DNA from: an uncultured bacterium
GTDB taxonomy: Bacteria > Fidelibacterota > UBA2242
Length of the DNA stretch: 47,242 bases
NCBI GenBank assembly: GCA_964485745.1
Contig: CAZAKO010000003.1
Location: 8,562 to 55,803, forward strand
Reading direction: 5' to 3'
Shown: positions 1 through 8,504 of the stretch, piece after piece
Layout of the letters: every line of letters starts with the position of its first letter
Position numbering within the stretch: the first letter of the stretch is position 1
The notes under the pieces: model-generated
Seen by the model: the letters and a program-made list of their open reading frames with translations, nothing else
Told to the model about the DNA's origin: nothing
Database searches by the model: none
Program-made: the position numbers and the translations under genes

Positions 1-29
1 ACAAGTAGTATTTCGAGTGGGTATCCGTG

Positions 30-102
30 CTCTGGAGGAGGGACTTGAACCCCCAACCTAGTGGTTAACAGCCACCCGCTCTGCCGGTTGAGCTACTCCA
101 GA
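30..102 (-). tRNA. tRNA-Asn (anticodon GTT)
   Basis: The reverse complement folds as a cloverleaf. Acceptor TCTGGAG/CTCCAGA, D arm GCTC-AACCGGCA-GAGC, anticodon stem GGTGG/CCACT with loop CTGTTAA (GTT), T arm GGGGG-TTCAAGT-CCCTC, discriminator G. CCA is not encoded. Confidence 0.9.
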
Positions 103-148
103 ATAAAATTAAAAAGCGGTGCTAATTTAATTGAATTTTACTCTTATT

Positions 149-640
149 TCAAAGAGTTAAGAACTTGGTACGTAATTTTGTCCAGGTTTCCGTCAAACCT
201 TCACTTAATACCTTGATATGTCCTAATACAGGCATAAAATTGGTATCGCCGGTCCAACGTGGTACGATATGGAAATGCAGATGATCCTTTAATCCGGCTC
301 CAGCGACCGAGCCCGAGTTCAATCCAACGTTAAAACCTTCGGCTTTTAGCTCCGAATGCAAGATTGACATGGATTTATCGAGAAAATAAAATATCTCAAG
401 CCTGGTCTCCGAGTCTAGTTCGGTCAAGGTACTTGTATGCAGGTAAGGTGCCACCATCAAATGCCCATTATTGTAGGGATAGTAATTCATAATGACGAAC
501 ACCTTTTTACCGCGCGCAAGAATCAGACGTTTTTTATCGTCGTTTTCACGGGGATAATCACATAAAAAACACCCTGCTTCATGGGGATTTGTAATATATT
601 CTATACGCCAGGGAGCCCAAAGTCGTTCGGTCGTCATCAT
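149..640 (-). CDS. HIT (histidine triad) family protein, Ap4A-phosphorylase-like branch
   Basis: 163-aa ORF with histidine-triad motif HLHFHIVPRW near the C-terminus and an N-terminal LWAPWRIEYI segment. Its ATG overlaps the upstream EF-G-like stop by 4 nt (637-640). Confidence 0.85.
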   Translation of the reverse strand: MMTTERLWAPWRIEYITNPHEAGCFLCDYPRENDDKKRLILARGKKVFVIMNYYPYNNGHLMVAPYLHTSTLTELDSETRLEIFYFLDKSMSILHSELKAEGFNVGLNSGSVAGAGLKDHLHFHIVPRWTGDTNFMPVLGHIKVLSEGLTETWTKLRTKFLTL

Positions 641-2718
641 TCCTCAACTTTGTGTTTTTTAGAAGATTCGACGACTTTATCTTGCAATTCCTTAGGCATT
701 TGTTCATAATGGGAAAAACTTTGACGATGCATACCACGTCCCTGGGTCATCGAACGTAAGGCGGTACTATAGCGATTTAATTCAGCCAGAGGTACCTTGG
801 CCGTGATTTTTTGGAAGGGTCCTTCAGCATCCATGCCCTGGATTTTTCCCCGGCGGACAGAAATGTCGCCCATGACATCGCCCATGAATTCCTCGGGTAC
901 GATTACTTCGAGATTATAAATCGGCTCGAGTAGGATTGGATTGGCACTCATAAAACATTCTTTAAAAGCGCCTTTGCCGGCAATCTGGAAAGCGATATCT
1001 TTGGAATCAACAGGATGCATTTTGCCGTCATAAAATACAGCTTTCACATCCGTTACGTGGTAACCCGCCAAAATCCCTTCCTCACAGGCTGAGCGCACGC
1101 CTTTCTCAACGGAAGGTACAAATACGCGATCGACATTTTGCCCGACCAAGGTATTGGCAAATTCGACACCGGAACCCGTGGGGCCTGGTTCGACGTACAT
1201 CCATACTTCGGCAAACTGACCCGCGCCACCCGTTTGTTTTTTATGCCGGTATTTGGAATCACCCCGTTTTTTTATGGTTTCGCGATAGGGAATCCGCGGG
1301 GTTAATTGTTCTACCTCGACATTAAATTTCTGTTTGAGCCGCTGTAGAATGATTGTAAGATGCAATTCACCCTGACCGGAAAGAATAGTCTGCTTCAATT
1401 CCGGATCGTAATGCCAGGTCATGGTTGGGTCTTCACCAGCCAAAGATTGCAAACCTGCGCTGATCTTTTCTTCATCGCCGCGGGATTTGGGTTCAATCGC
1501 GATCTGGATAACCGGTGCGGGGAATTGGATTTTGGGATATTCGATGGGAGAGCGAGAATCACAAAGGGTGTCGTTTGTTTGGGTATATTTTAACTTAACC
1601 ACGGTGCCCAAATCACCAGCGTGGAGATGCGCTATCTCTACCTTTTCCTTGCCATTGACGACATAAATTTGGCCGATCCTTTCGGTTTTCCCGTTGTGGG
1701 CATTAAAAAGATCCACACCAGTTTTAACAGATCCTGAAATGACCTTAAAGAGCGACAAATCGCCGACATGCAACTCGCTGATGGTTTTGAAGACAAAAAG
1801 CGAAACAGGCTCGCTGTCAGAGATTTTTCTAGCCAGGGTATTGCCTTTATAGGAGCCATTAACGGCTTGTTTGACTTTAGGATTGGGGGCATATTCAGCA
1901 ATGTAATCCAGAACTTTGGTCACACCTGTATTTGTATAGGCTGAGGTAGCAAAAACGGGGAGGAGGGTCTTATTAACCAGCGCATTTTTTAATCCTATCA
2001 TGAATTCGGCATCACTTAATACCCCTTCAGTCAGATATTTTTCCAGCAAAGCATCGTCACTTTCAGCTACAGCTTCGATCAATTCATTTTTAATGGCTGC
2101 TAATTTGGACTTAATGGCCTCAGGGACTTCCGATTCGGTGGCTGAACCTTTTAAATCTTTACTGTATTTGTATATCTTACCCGATAAGACGTCCGCTATT
2201 GAATCGAATTCCAGTCCGGCATTTACCGGAACAGTCAGCGGAATGACTTTCTTGCCAAATGAGTTTTTCAGACTATCGAGCGTTTTATCGAAATTTGCAT
2301 GTTCCTTATCTAACAGGTTGATGACAAACCAGAGCGGCAAATTGTCTTCTTTAGCAAATTTGCACACCAGTTCGGTGCCGACTTCGACACCAGACTGACC
2401 ATGGACAACGATTAATGCCAGGTCCGCCACTTTGGTCAGCGCCTTGGATTCACCGACGAAATCCAAATATCCCGGCGCGTCTAAGATATTTATTTTGGTT
2501 TTATTCCACTCACAGAATAAAAGGGTAGAGGAGATGGAGAATTTTCTCTCGATTTCATCACTATGGTAATCGGAAACCGTAGTGCCGTCGTCAATTCGTC
2601 CCAGACGTGAGGTGACACCGGAGCTATAGAGCATGGCTTCGGTTAAGCAAGTTTTTCCCGAACTGCCATGGCCCAGTAAGACTATATTTCTGATTTCATC
2701 GGTCTGATACTCTTTCAA
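637..2718 (-). CDS. Elongation factor G paralog (EF-G-like translational GTPase)
   Basis: 693 aa. P-loop GHGSSGKT, DAPGYLDF (DxxG), and EF-G domains II-V recognisable (HKKQTGGAGQFAEV, ILLEPIYNLEVIVPEEFMGDVMGDISVRRGKI). TTG start 7 nt downstream of a GGAGG Shine-Dalgarno. Confidence 0.9.
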   Translation of the reverse strand: MKEYQTDEIRNIVLLGHGSSGKTCLTEAMLYSSGVTSRLGRIDDGTTVSDYHSDEIERKFSISSTLLFCEWNKTKINILDAPGYLDFVGESKALTKVADLALIVVHGQSGVEVGTELVCKFAKEDNLPLWFVINLLDKEHANFDKTLDSLKNSFGKKVIPLTVPVNAGLEFDSIADVLSGKIYKYSKDLKGSATESEVPEAIKSKLAAIKNELIEAVAESDDALLEKYLTEGVLSDAEFMIGLKNALVNKTLLPVFATSAYTNTGVTKVLDYIAEYAPNPKVKQAVNGSYKGNTLARKISDSEPVSLFVFKTISELHVGDLSLFKVISGSVKTGVDLFNAHNGKTERIGQIYVVNGKEKVEIAHLHAGDLGTVVKLKYTQTNDTLCDSRSPIEYPKIQFPAPVIQIAIEPKSRGDEEKISAGLQSLAGEDPTMTWHYDPELKQTILSGQGELHLTIILQRLKQKFNVEVEQLTPRIPYRETIKKRGDSKYRHKKQTGGAGQFAEVWMYVEPGPTGSGVEFANTLVGQNVDRVFVPSVEKGVRSACEEGILAGYHVTDVKAVFYDGKMHPVDSKDIAFQIAGKGAFKECFMSANPILLEPIYNLEVIVPEEFMGDVMGDISVRRGKIQGMDAEGPFQKITAKVPLAELNRYSTALRSMTQGRGMHRQSFSHYEQMPKELQDKVVESSKKHKVEE

Positions 2719-2747
2719 AATTTGCCTCCATAAATTGAGTAGTAAAT

Positions 2748-4235
2748 TTAATTTTTATTGAGCAGATTGCGAAGAATTTTCCCGCTCTGATCACGTTCAA
2801 AGTGATTATAGAACTCGACGATTTCTGGAGTCAGAAAACGCGGCAATCGACTTTGGCAGATATTCATCATTTCATCCGTTGATAGCTGGGCATCATCAGC
2901 TGGGATGATGCAGATTTTAATCGCATCATTGTATTCCGTCTGGTGAACTGGTACGGCTACGACATCTTTGATTTTGGACGATTCCCGGAGAACTTTTTCA
3001 ATATCAAGGGGATTGATAAAATATCCATAGCGTCGGATGAAATCGCATTTTTTCCCGACTAAGTAAAAAGAATCATCTGCATCTTTACTGAAAAGATCGT
3101 CAGTCCTGACCCAGTCACTGTGAAAATGATGCGGATGAAACAATTCATCAAAATAACCCAACATAGCTGAACCACCCCGCACCTGCAGCTCGCCTACTTG
3201 ACCTGTCCTGACAGGCGCCCCCTGTTCATTGACGAGGCGTAATTCATCGGAAGGAAAAGGTTGACCGGTAGCGGTTAGATTTACTTCAACTCGACGTCGA
3301 TTGATCAAGGTAACTAAAGTCTCGGTTGTACCGTAAAATTGTGTAATTTCAATATTCAAACCGTTACAGGTTTTGCTCAGTACCTCATCAGCATACCGGT
3401 CGCCGGTAATTAAACAAACAAGCAGAGCAGTGTCCGATTTCTCATTAGCCATCAGCCTTTGGCCAAAGTCCGGCGTCGTTATCAGTACATTGACTTTGTT
3501 ATCTTTGATCGTGCGGCTGATTTCGTCAATTTGAGGATTAGAGAATAGTACGATTGTACTGCCGGTCATAACCAGAGTATGGGTAAAGAAGGAGACTGCC
3601 GGATATTGATATAAAGGAAATGTCGATAGGATCCGGGAAGGATTTCGCACAGGTAACAGATGCCGGCACTTTTCAGCATTGTGTATAAAGCCTTGTTCTG
3701 AATGGACGACCGTTCGGTTATAACCGGAATAACCAGAAGTGAAAAGAATCGTAAATGGCGCAGTGGGTGAAATTGTCGATTCAGACACTCCGGAAGGCGC
3801 AGACTTGTCGGCAGATTGATTTGTCTCAGGGAGTGCATTAAGGTTATTAAGGTTAATTTTGTTGAAAGGCGATCCTTTTTTCAACTCAACTTCATCAATG
3901 ATCTTTTGGAAGTCCGGATGATAAATAACAGTTTCAATTTTGATTTTATTGACCAGATAAGTGAGTTTATTGGTCGAGAGAGTCGGTTGAAACAGCACCG
4001 GAACAGCGGAGCAGTTAACCAAACTGTAATAGGCTAAGATGAATTCTGGATTATTTTTTTGGAATACACCCACAAATTGTCCTGGCCTGATATTCCGGTT
4101 TCTTAAATATTTCGAATACTCGTTGATCAGTGAGAGAAATTTTCGATAGGTGATTGTTTCAGAACCGAAAATTATAAATGGCGCGTCCGGTTGGCTTTCT
4201 GCTTTTTGCCGCAGGTTATTGATTAAAGAGGTCAT
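2748..4235 (-). CDS. AMP-dependent synthetase/ligase (adenylate-forming enzyme) with diverged P-loop
   Basis: 495 aa. ANL-superfamily motifs FYGTTE (A5), RTDDLF (A7), GKKCDFIRRYGYFINPLDIE (A8) and SGKILR (A10). The A3 motif reads TSGYSGYNRTV instead of TSGTTGxPKGV. Confidence 0.8.
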   Translation of the reverse strand: MTSLINNLRQKAESQPDAPFIIFGSETITYRKFLSLINEYSKYLRNRNIRPGQFVGVFQKNNPEFILAYYSLVNCSAVPVLFQPTLSTNKLTYLVNKIKIETVIYHPDFQKIIDEVELKKGSPFNKINLNNLNALPETNQSADKSAPSGVSESTISPTAPFTILFTSGYSGYNRTVVHSEQGFIHNAEKCRHLLPVRNPSRILSTFPLYQYPAVSFFTHTLVMTGSTIVLFSNPQIDEISRTIKDNKVNVLITTPDFGQRLMANEKSDTALLVCLITGDRYADEVLSKTCNGLNIEITQFYGTTETLVTLINRRRVEVNLTATGQPFPSDELRLVNEQGAPVRTGQVGELQVRGGSAMLGYFDELFHPHHFHSDWVRTDDLFSKDADDSFYLVGKKCDFIRRYGYFINPLDIEKVLRESSKIKDVVAVPVHQTEYNDAIKICIIPADDAQLSTDEMMNICQSRLPRFLTPEIVEFYNHFERDQSGKILRNLLNKN

Positions 4236-4266
4236 TAAGTTTCCAGATTAGTTAAAAAGCGGGCAA

Positions 4267-4296
4267 ATATTAATCAAATTGGTTTTATAATGTCAA
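4267..4296 (-). promoter_or_regulatory. Putative sigma70-type promoter for the AMP-ligase / EF-G / HIT transcription unit
   Basis: The minus strand reads TTGACA (4296-4291), an 18-nt spacer, then TAATAT (4272-4267). It sits about 30 nt upstream of the ATG at 4235 and just downstream of the receptor terminator. Confidence 0.5.
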
Positions 4297-4300
4297 GGAA

Positions 4301-4339
4301 ATAAAACAAAAAGGGCTGACCCGCAAAGAGCCAGCCCTT
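4301..4339 (-). terminator. Rho-independent terminator after the TonB-dependent receptor gene
   Basis: The minus strand reads AAGGGCTG-(13 nt loop)-CAGCCCTT followed by TTTTTGTTTT, about 22 nt after the stop codon at 4362-4364. Confidence 0.8.
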
Positions 4340-4361
4340 CGATCAGAAAACATTAATGAAC

Positions 4362-7226
4362 TCAGAAACGCACGCTCAGACCAAAGTTGATCCGGCGCGG
4401 CATACTGACGAAAACCTCTGCATCGTCAGCTTTATGGTTTTTACCATCACCCGTAAAGGCATTGTAGGCGCTGTTGTCAATCGCATCCTGAACATAAATC
4501 GCATCCAGGACATTGAAAACGTGACAAAAGACCTGGAAGTTCAGACCAGCGGGACGGATCGGCAGCTCATAAGCCGCATGCAGGTCAATTTTACTGTAGG
4601 AAGGCACCTGCCAGCTTTGTCTGCGGTCCGGAGTGACGCCGGTTTGAATTTCGCGACTCGCCGGATCCCAATTCGCCCAGTAGCGGTCATAATAATTATA
4701 AATCGCTGATAGGGTCAGCCCCTTGACCGGGTACAGGGAAGTTGTGAAGGCCAGAATCGTTTGCGGCATGTCACCAACCATCAAATCCTTAATGGAGTAC
4801 GTGTACTCGTAGGTTGTATCATTTTCGATATCTTTGTAGGTGCCCACCGCGTCGTCCAGGTACTTCCAGATACCATAGGAGAAAGCGGCATCGAATCGAA
4901 TCAGATTAATCGGTTGAAAAGCCAGTTCCAATTCCAGACCTTTGTGATTCTGATCCATGCCGGTCAGGAAGATCAGATCGGTGTCGCCACTGGATCCCTG
5001 TCCTGAGGTGACCGCTTTAATCAGGTTACGATCTTTCCAGTTGGTCATATACACATTGACTTTGGCGGCTAATTTATCCGCTAAAGCGCGTTGATTCAAC
5101 CCAAATTCCGTGCTGATGAATTTCTCATTAGTCGGATCGGGAGCTAAGGCGATTTTTACGTCATCAATAATATTGTCCAAAATAGGGACTTTTTCGACGT
5201 AACCAAAGTTCACAAACACTTCCGTATTCTTGGTCAGCTTATATAGACCACCGGTTTTGAACTGAAAAGCCGTGATCCAGTCCGAAACAATCATCAGTTC
5301 CCCCTTATCGGTGGAGTCAACGAACGATTTGGCATGCAGACTGGCTTTTTTGAAATAGTCGATCAGACTATATTTAACCATGCTGTAGCCTGCCATCCCA
5401 TACACCGAAAAGAGGTTGCCTTTGTACTCCGCCTGGGCGAAAGTGCCAAACCAATCGACCGAATTGGTATTGTTGTAATCAATTTTATCGCCTAAATAGA
5501 CTTTATTGTCGTCAATTGTAGATGGTTTAAATTCATCACGAAAAGCCTTATACCGAGCCGTTCCCGTTTTGCTATTATCGTAGGTTGCGTTGACCGCATA
5601 ATCGCCACCTAAAAGGTCACGGACTTCACGGAAGTGGGTTATCTCAGCGGTGCGCCAATCTATCCCGATCTGGGTTTTCAGGTTTGCACTGAGATCGAAA
5701 TTCAGTTTGGAAATCGCGCCGATGGTCCACTGCCGATTGACACTATTACGCAGGAAACCGACCGCTTCGCCGGCTGGTTTGAGTTTATTCTTCCGGTTAA
5801 GAGTATCTTTGTTGATCGCAATAGTCGCATCCCAGTCTGCGATGCGGGAGGGTAGATCAGTACCTATTCCATAACTTGACCATTTGATATCACCAAACGT
5901 GCCACTACCACCGCCGGAGCCGCCTGAAAAATAGGCTACCGTGGATAGACGCATTTTTTCATTGAGCGTCCAATACCAGTTCAAATTAACCTGCGGCTTG
6001 TGATAGTAGTTTTCATTCTCGTTCAGATAATCTTCGGCATAGCGATCAACTTCTTTGTCGCCGTACATATAGAAATATTGCTTGCCTTTGTAATCTTTGG
6101 AAACGGTATTCCAGTTTTCATTGAAAGTACGTCCAGCATCCGGAAAAACGGCAAATACGTCTTTGGCAGTTCCCGGGTGCGCTTCCGCTGAGTCAAGTAC
6201 TGACTTATCGAAAACCTCTTTGGCATATTCATGATCATAGCCTGCGATATTCTGAGCATAACGCATCTGGCCATGGCGTTGGGGTGCCCCTAGAGCAAAA
6301 AATTCAAAGCGATGGCTTTTTGTGGCGGCAAAACTTACTCCTAAGTAATAAGCCCAGGCATCAGTCCAAGTCTTGTCAATCGCCCCATCACCGGTTTTGC
6401 GCACAACCGTACCGCTGACCGCTAGTTTATCATTTATTAAACCGGAATGGAAGGTAGCGGTAGTTTTCAGAAAAGCGCCACTGCCAAACTCCTGTTTCAC
6501 CAGACCACCTCTGGTCATGGCAGTCGGATCAGTAAGGATATTCATTGTGCCACCTACAGATGGCGCGGCTAAATTGACTGCCGAAAGCCCGCGTTGCATC
6601 TGGATCGAAGAAGTGGCATCCGCTACGCCATCCCAGTTCGACCAATAAACCCAGCCGTTCTCCATATCATTGACCGGGACACCATTGATCATGATCGCCA
6701 CATTTCGTTGATTGAATCCTCGCACATTGACGCGCGCATCGCCGGCTCCGCCACCTTGTTCCGTAGCGTAAACGCTGGGAGTCGTATTCAGTACCATTGG
6801 AATATCACGCGAACCAAGTTCCAGCGCCATATCCTGTTTGGTGATATCGGTATAAGCTACCGGTGTTTCGCGTGTGGCTCGGGAAGCCAGTACTTCCAGT
6901 GCCCCTAACTCCAGAACGCCCCGAGCCAGTTCAAAATTCAACGTAATTGGTTTACCCGCCGCGACATTGACCGTCCGGGTCACTTTGTCGTACCCAATAA
7001 CGGACACAGCAATATTTACTGCACCTACGGGAACGGCACTGATGATGAACTGACCATCAACATCCGATGCGGCCCCCAATGTGGTCCCTTCAATGATCAC
7101 GTTGGCGCCAGGAATACCCCTACCGGTTGCTTTATCAGAGACCCGACCCTTGATTTCACCGGTCTGCGCAAAAAGCAGAGCAGGGATTAATGACAAACAC
7201 ACTGCAATAAGGACAATTTTCCTCAT
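4362..7226 (-). CDS. TonB-dependent outer-membrane receptor with N-terminal CarboxypepD_reg-like domain
   Basis: 954 aa. Signal peptide MRKIVLIAVCLSLIPALLFAQ, CarboxypepD_reg-like segment (GRVSDKATGRGIPGANVIIEG), plug domain (RVNVRGFNQRNVAIMINGVPVND) and a long beta-barrel ending in terminal F (GLSVRF). GGAGG RBS upstream. No SusD-like partner is adjacent. Confidence 0.9.
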   Translation of the reverse strand: MRKIVLIAVCLSLIPALLFAQTGEIKGRVSDKATGRGIPGANVIIEGTTLGAASDVDGQFIISAVPVGAVNIAVSVIGYDKVTRTVNVAAGKPITLNFELARGVLELGALEVLASRATRETPVAYTDITKQDMALELGSRDIPMVLNTTPSVYATEQGGGAGDARVNVRGFNQRNVAIMINGVPVNDMENGWVYWSNWDGVADATSSIQMQRGLSAVNLAAPSVGGTMNILTDPTAMTRGGLVKQEFGSGAFLKTTATFHSGLINDKLAVSGTVVRKTGDGAIDKTWTDAWAYYLGVSFAATKSHRFEFFALGAPQRHGQMRYAQNIAGYDHEYAKEVFDKSVLDSAEAHPGTAKDVFAVFPDAGRTFNENWNTVSKDYKGKQYFYMYGDKEVDRYAEDYLNENENYYHKPQVNLNWYWTLNEKMRLSTVAYFSGGSGGGSGTFGDIKWSSYGIGTDLPSRIADWDATIAINKDTLNRKNKLKPAGEAVGFLRNSVNRQWTIGAISKLNFDLSANLKTQIGIDWRTAEITHFREVRDLLGGDYAVNATYDNSKTGTARYKAFRDEFKPSTIDDNKVYLGDKIDYNNTNSVDWFGTFAQAEYKGNLFSVYGMAGYSMVKYSLIDYFKKASLHAKSFVDSTDKGELMIVSDWITAFQFKTGGLYKLTKNTEVFVNFGYVEKVPILDNIIDDVKIALAPDPTNEKFISTEFGLNQRALADKLAAKVNVYMTNWKDRNLIKAVTSGQGSSGDTDLIFLTGMDQNHKGLELELAFQPINLIRFDAAFSYGIWKYLDDAVGTYKDIENDTTYEYTYSIKDLMVGDMPQTILAFTTSLYPVKGLTLSAIYNYYDRYWANWDPASREIQTGVTPDRRQSWQVPSYSKIDLHAAYELPIRPAGLNFQVFCHVFNVLDAIYVQDAIDNSAYNAFTGDGKNHKADDAEVFVSMPRRINFGLSVRF

Positions 7227-7375
7227 TTTACCTCCAGTTAAAAGTTAATAAAACCCCAAACCTGATATCATCTACTATATTTAGATGTCAAATGAACTGC
7301 GTGCCAAAGATATTGCATTATTTGGGAAAATGCAAGTACCTTAGAAAAAATTCTGCTTTTAGAAAAGTACGACGT

Positions 7376-8434
7376 TTATCGTAACAACAGCGAGTCCTGT
7401 GGTTCGAAGGGGCGCAGTTGTAGCATTCTTTCGTTGATACGCATAAAAAAGGTACGGCGATTGATTGGCGATAGATGACGTTCTATATTGCTTTCTAAAT
7501 TGAATGTCTCATGCCATTGTAGAGAATCATCAGGATCAGTAAAAGCGAGGTACATGTACTGCCCGGATTTGAGGTCGGTAAAACGAATTGTGTCAGCGCG
7601 TTCCGGCAGAATAGTTAGAACTGGTAAAGCACTCAATTTCGTCTCAATCAGCCGGTTGATTGGTGCAACGATCCGGAAGTGAAGTTCTTCGACTTTCTGA
7701 CTTGGAAAGGATTCCATTTCTAAGGCTAATTCTTCAATCTCTTGCTTTTTACGACGGAGTTCCGCCTGTTCCTGCGATTTGAAATATTCGAGATCGGACT
7801 CAATCGCATCAATCAGGCATGTCACAGCTGCTGGCAGTTGATTGAATCCCTCCGGATGCGTCGCCAATTTAATCTGTAAAGGGAAATTATTAGCTAAATC
7901 AAGATAAACCTGATCAAACGTAATGGTTTCTCCCGGGGCGAGAGCGACCTGATAAGGCTGGTGATGTACTAGTGTATCACTTTTATATAACAAAGTGAGT
8001 GTCAATCCTTTAATCTGCTCATTCCCGGTATTTTCTAACCTGATCCAGAAGCGCCAAACAGTTCCGAATTTCTGAATACGGGACACCTCGGATTTGATCT
8101 GTTGGCGATAGACCTCGAATAAATCATAACATCTCCGTTCGAGGTCTGCCTGGTTTTTTTGGTAAAACGCTTCGGAAATCATATAATTACGATACATACG
8201 TCTTAAACTGTCATTGACCTGGTAGATATTCCTGAGCAGGTAATCCTGATTGGTGGTCAGGATTGAACTCATATTGGATTGTTCATTGGCACTAAGCAGG
8301 TAAACCTTGAGGGGGCGTTTACTCTCCCGCCAACTTTCATCCTCAATAATGATATTGAGCGTATATCGGGAAGTACAGGTCACGAAGAAGATCAGGCCGA
8401 CAATGATTATAAAAATCCTTTGACGTGAATTCAT
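7376..8434 (-). CDS. Hypothetical exported or lipoprotein-like protein with coiled-coil and CARDB-like beta-sandwich segment
   Basis: 352-aa ORF. N-terminal hydrophobic segment ends in Cys (IFIIIVGLIFFVTC). Charged heptad-like stretch (QEQAELRRKKQEIEELALEME). Central segment RLENTGNEQIKGLTLTLLY...LAPGETITF resembles CARDB-type folds. No family assignment is possible by eye. Confidence 0.6.
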   Translation of the reverse strand: MNSRQRIFIIIVGLIFFVTCTSRYTLNIIIEDESWRESKRPLKVYLLSANEQSNMSSILTTNQDYLLRNIYQVNDSLRRMYRNYMISEAFYQKNQADLERRCYDLFEVYRQQIKSEVSRIQKFGTVWRFWIRLENTGNEQIKGLTLTLLYKSDTLVHHQPYQVALAPGETITFDQVYLDLANNFPLQIKLATHPEGFNQLPAAVTCLIDAIESDLEYFKSQEQAELRRKKQEIEELALEMESFPSQKVEELHFRIVAPINRLIETKLSALPVLTILPERADTIRFTDLKSGQYMYLAFTDPDDSLQWHETFNLESNIERHLSPINRRTFFMRINERMLQLRPFEPQDSLLLR

Positions 8435-8504
8435 TGGTCACCCGGTTCTTAAGGAGAAATACCTGAATCCAATAATTGATGTAAATATGATTACCATTGC
8501 CGAT

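Noticed and set aside
7300-7306. TGGCACG on the receptor coding strand, resembling a sigma54 -24 element
   Set aside because: The required TTGCW -12 element is missing at the N4 spacing; the sequence continues CAGTTCAT. It is not a sigma54 promoter.
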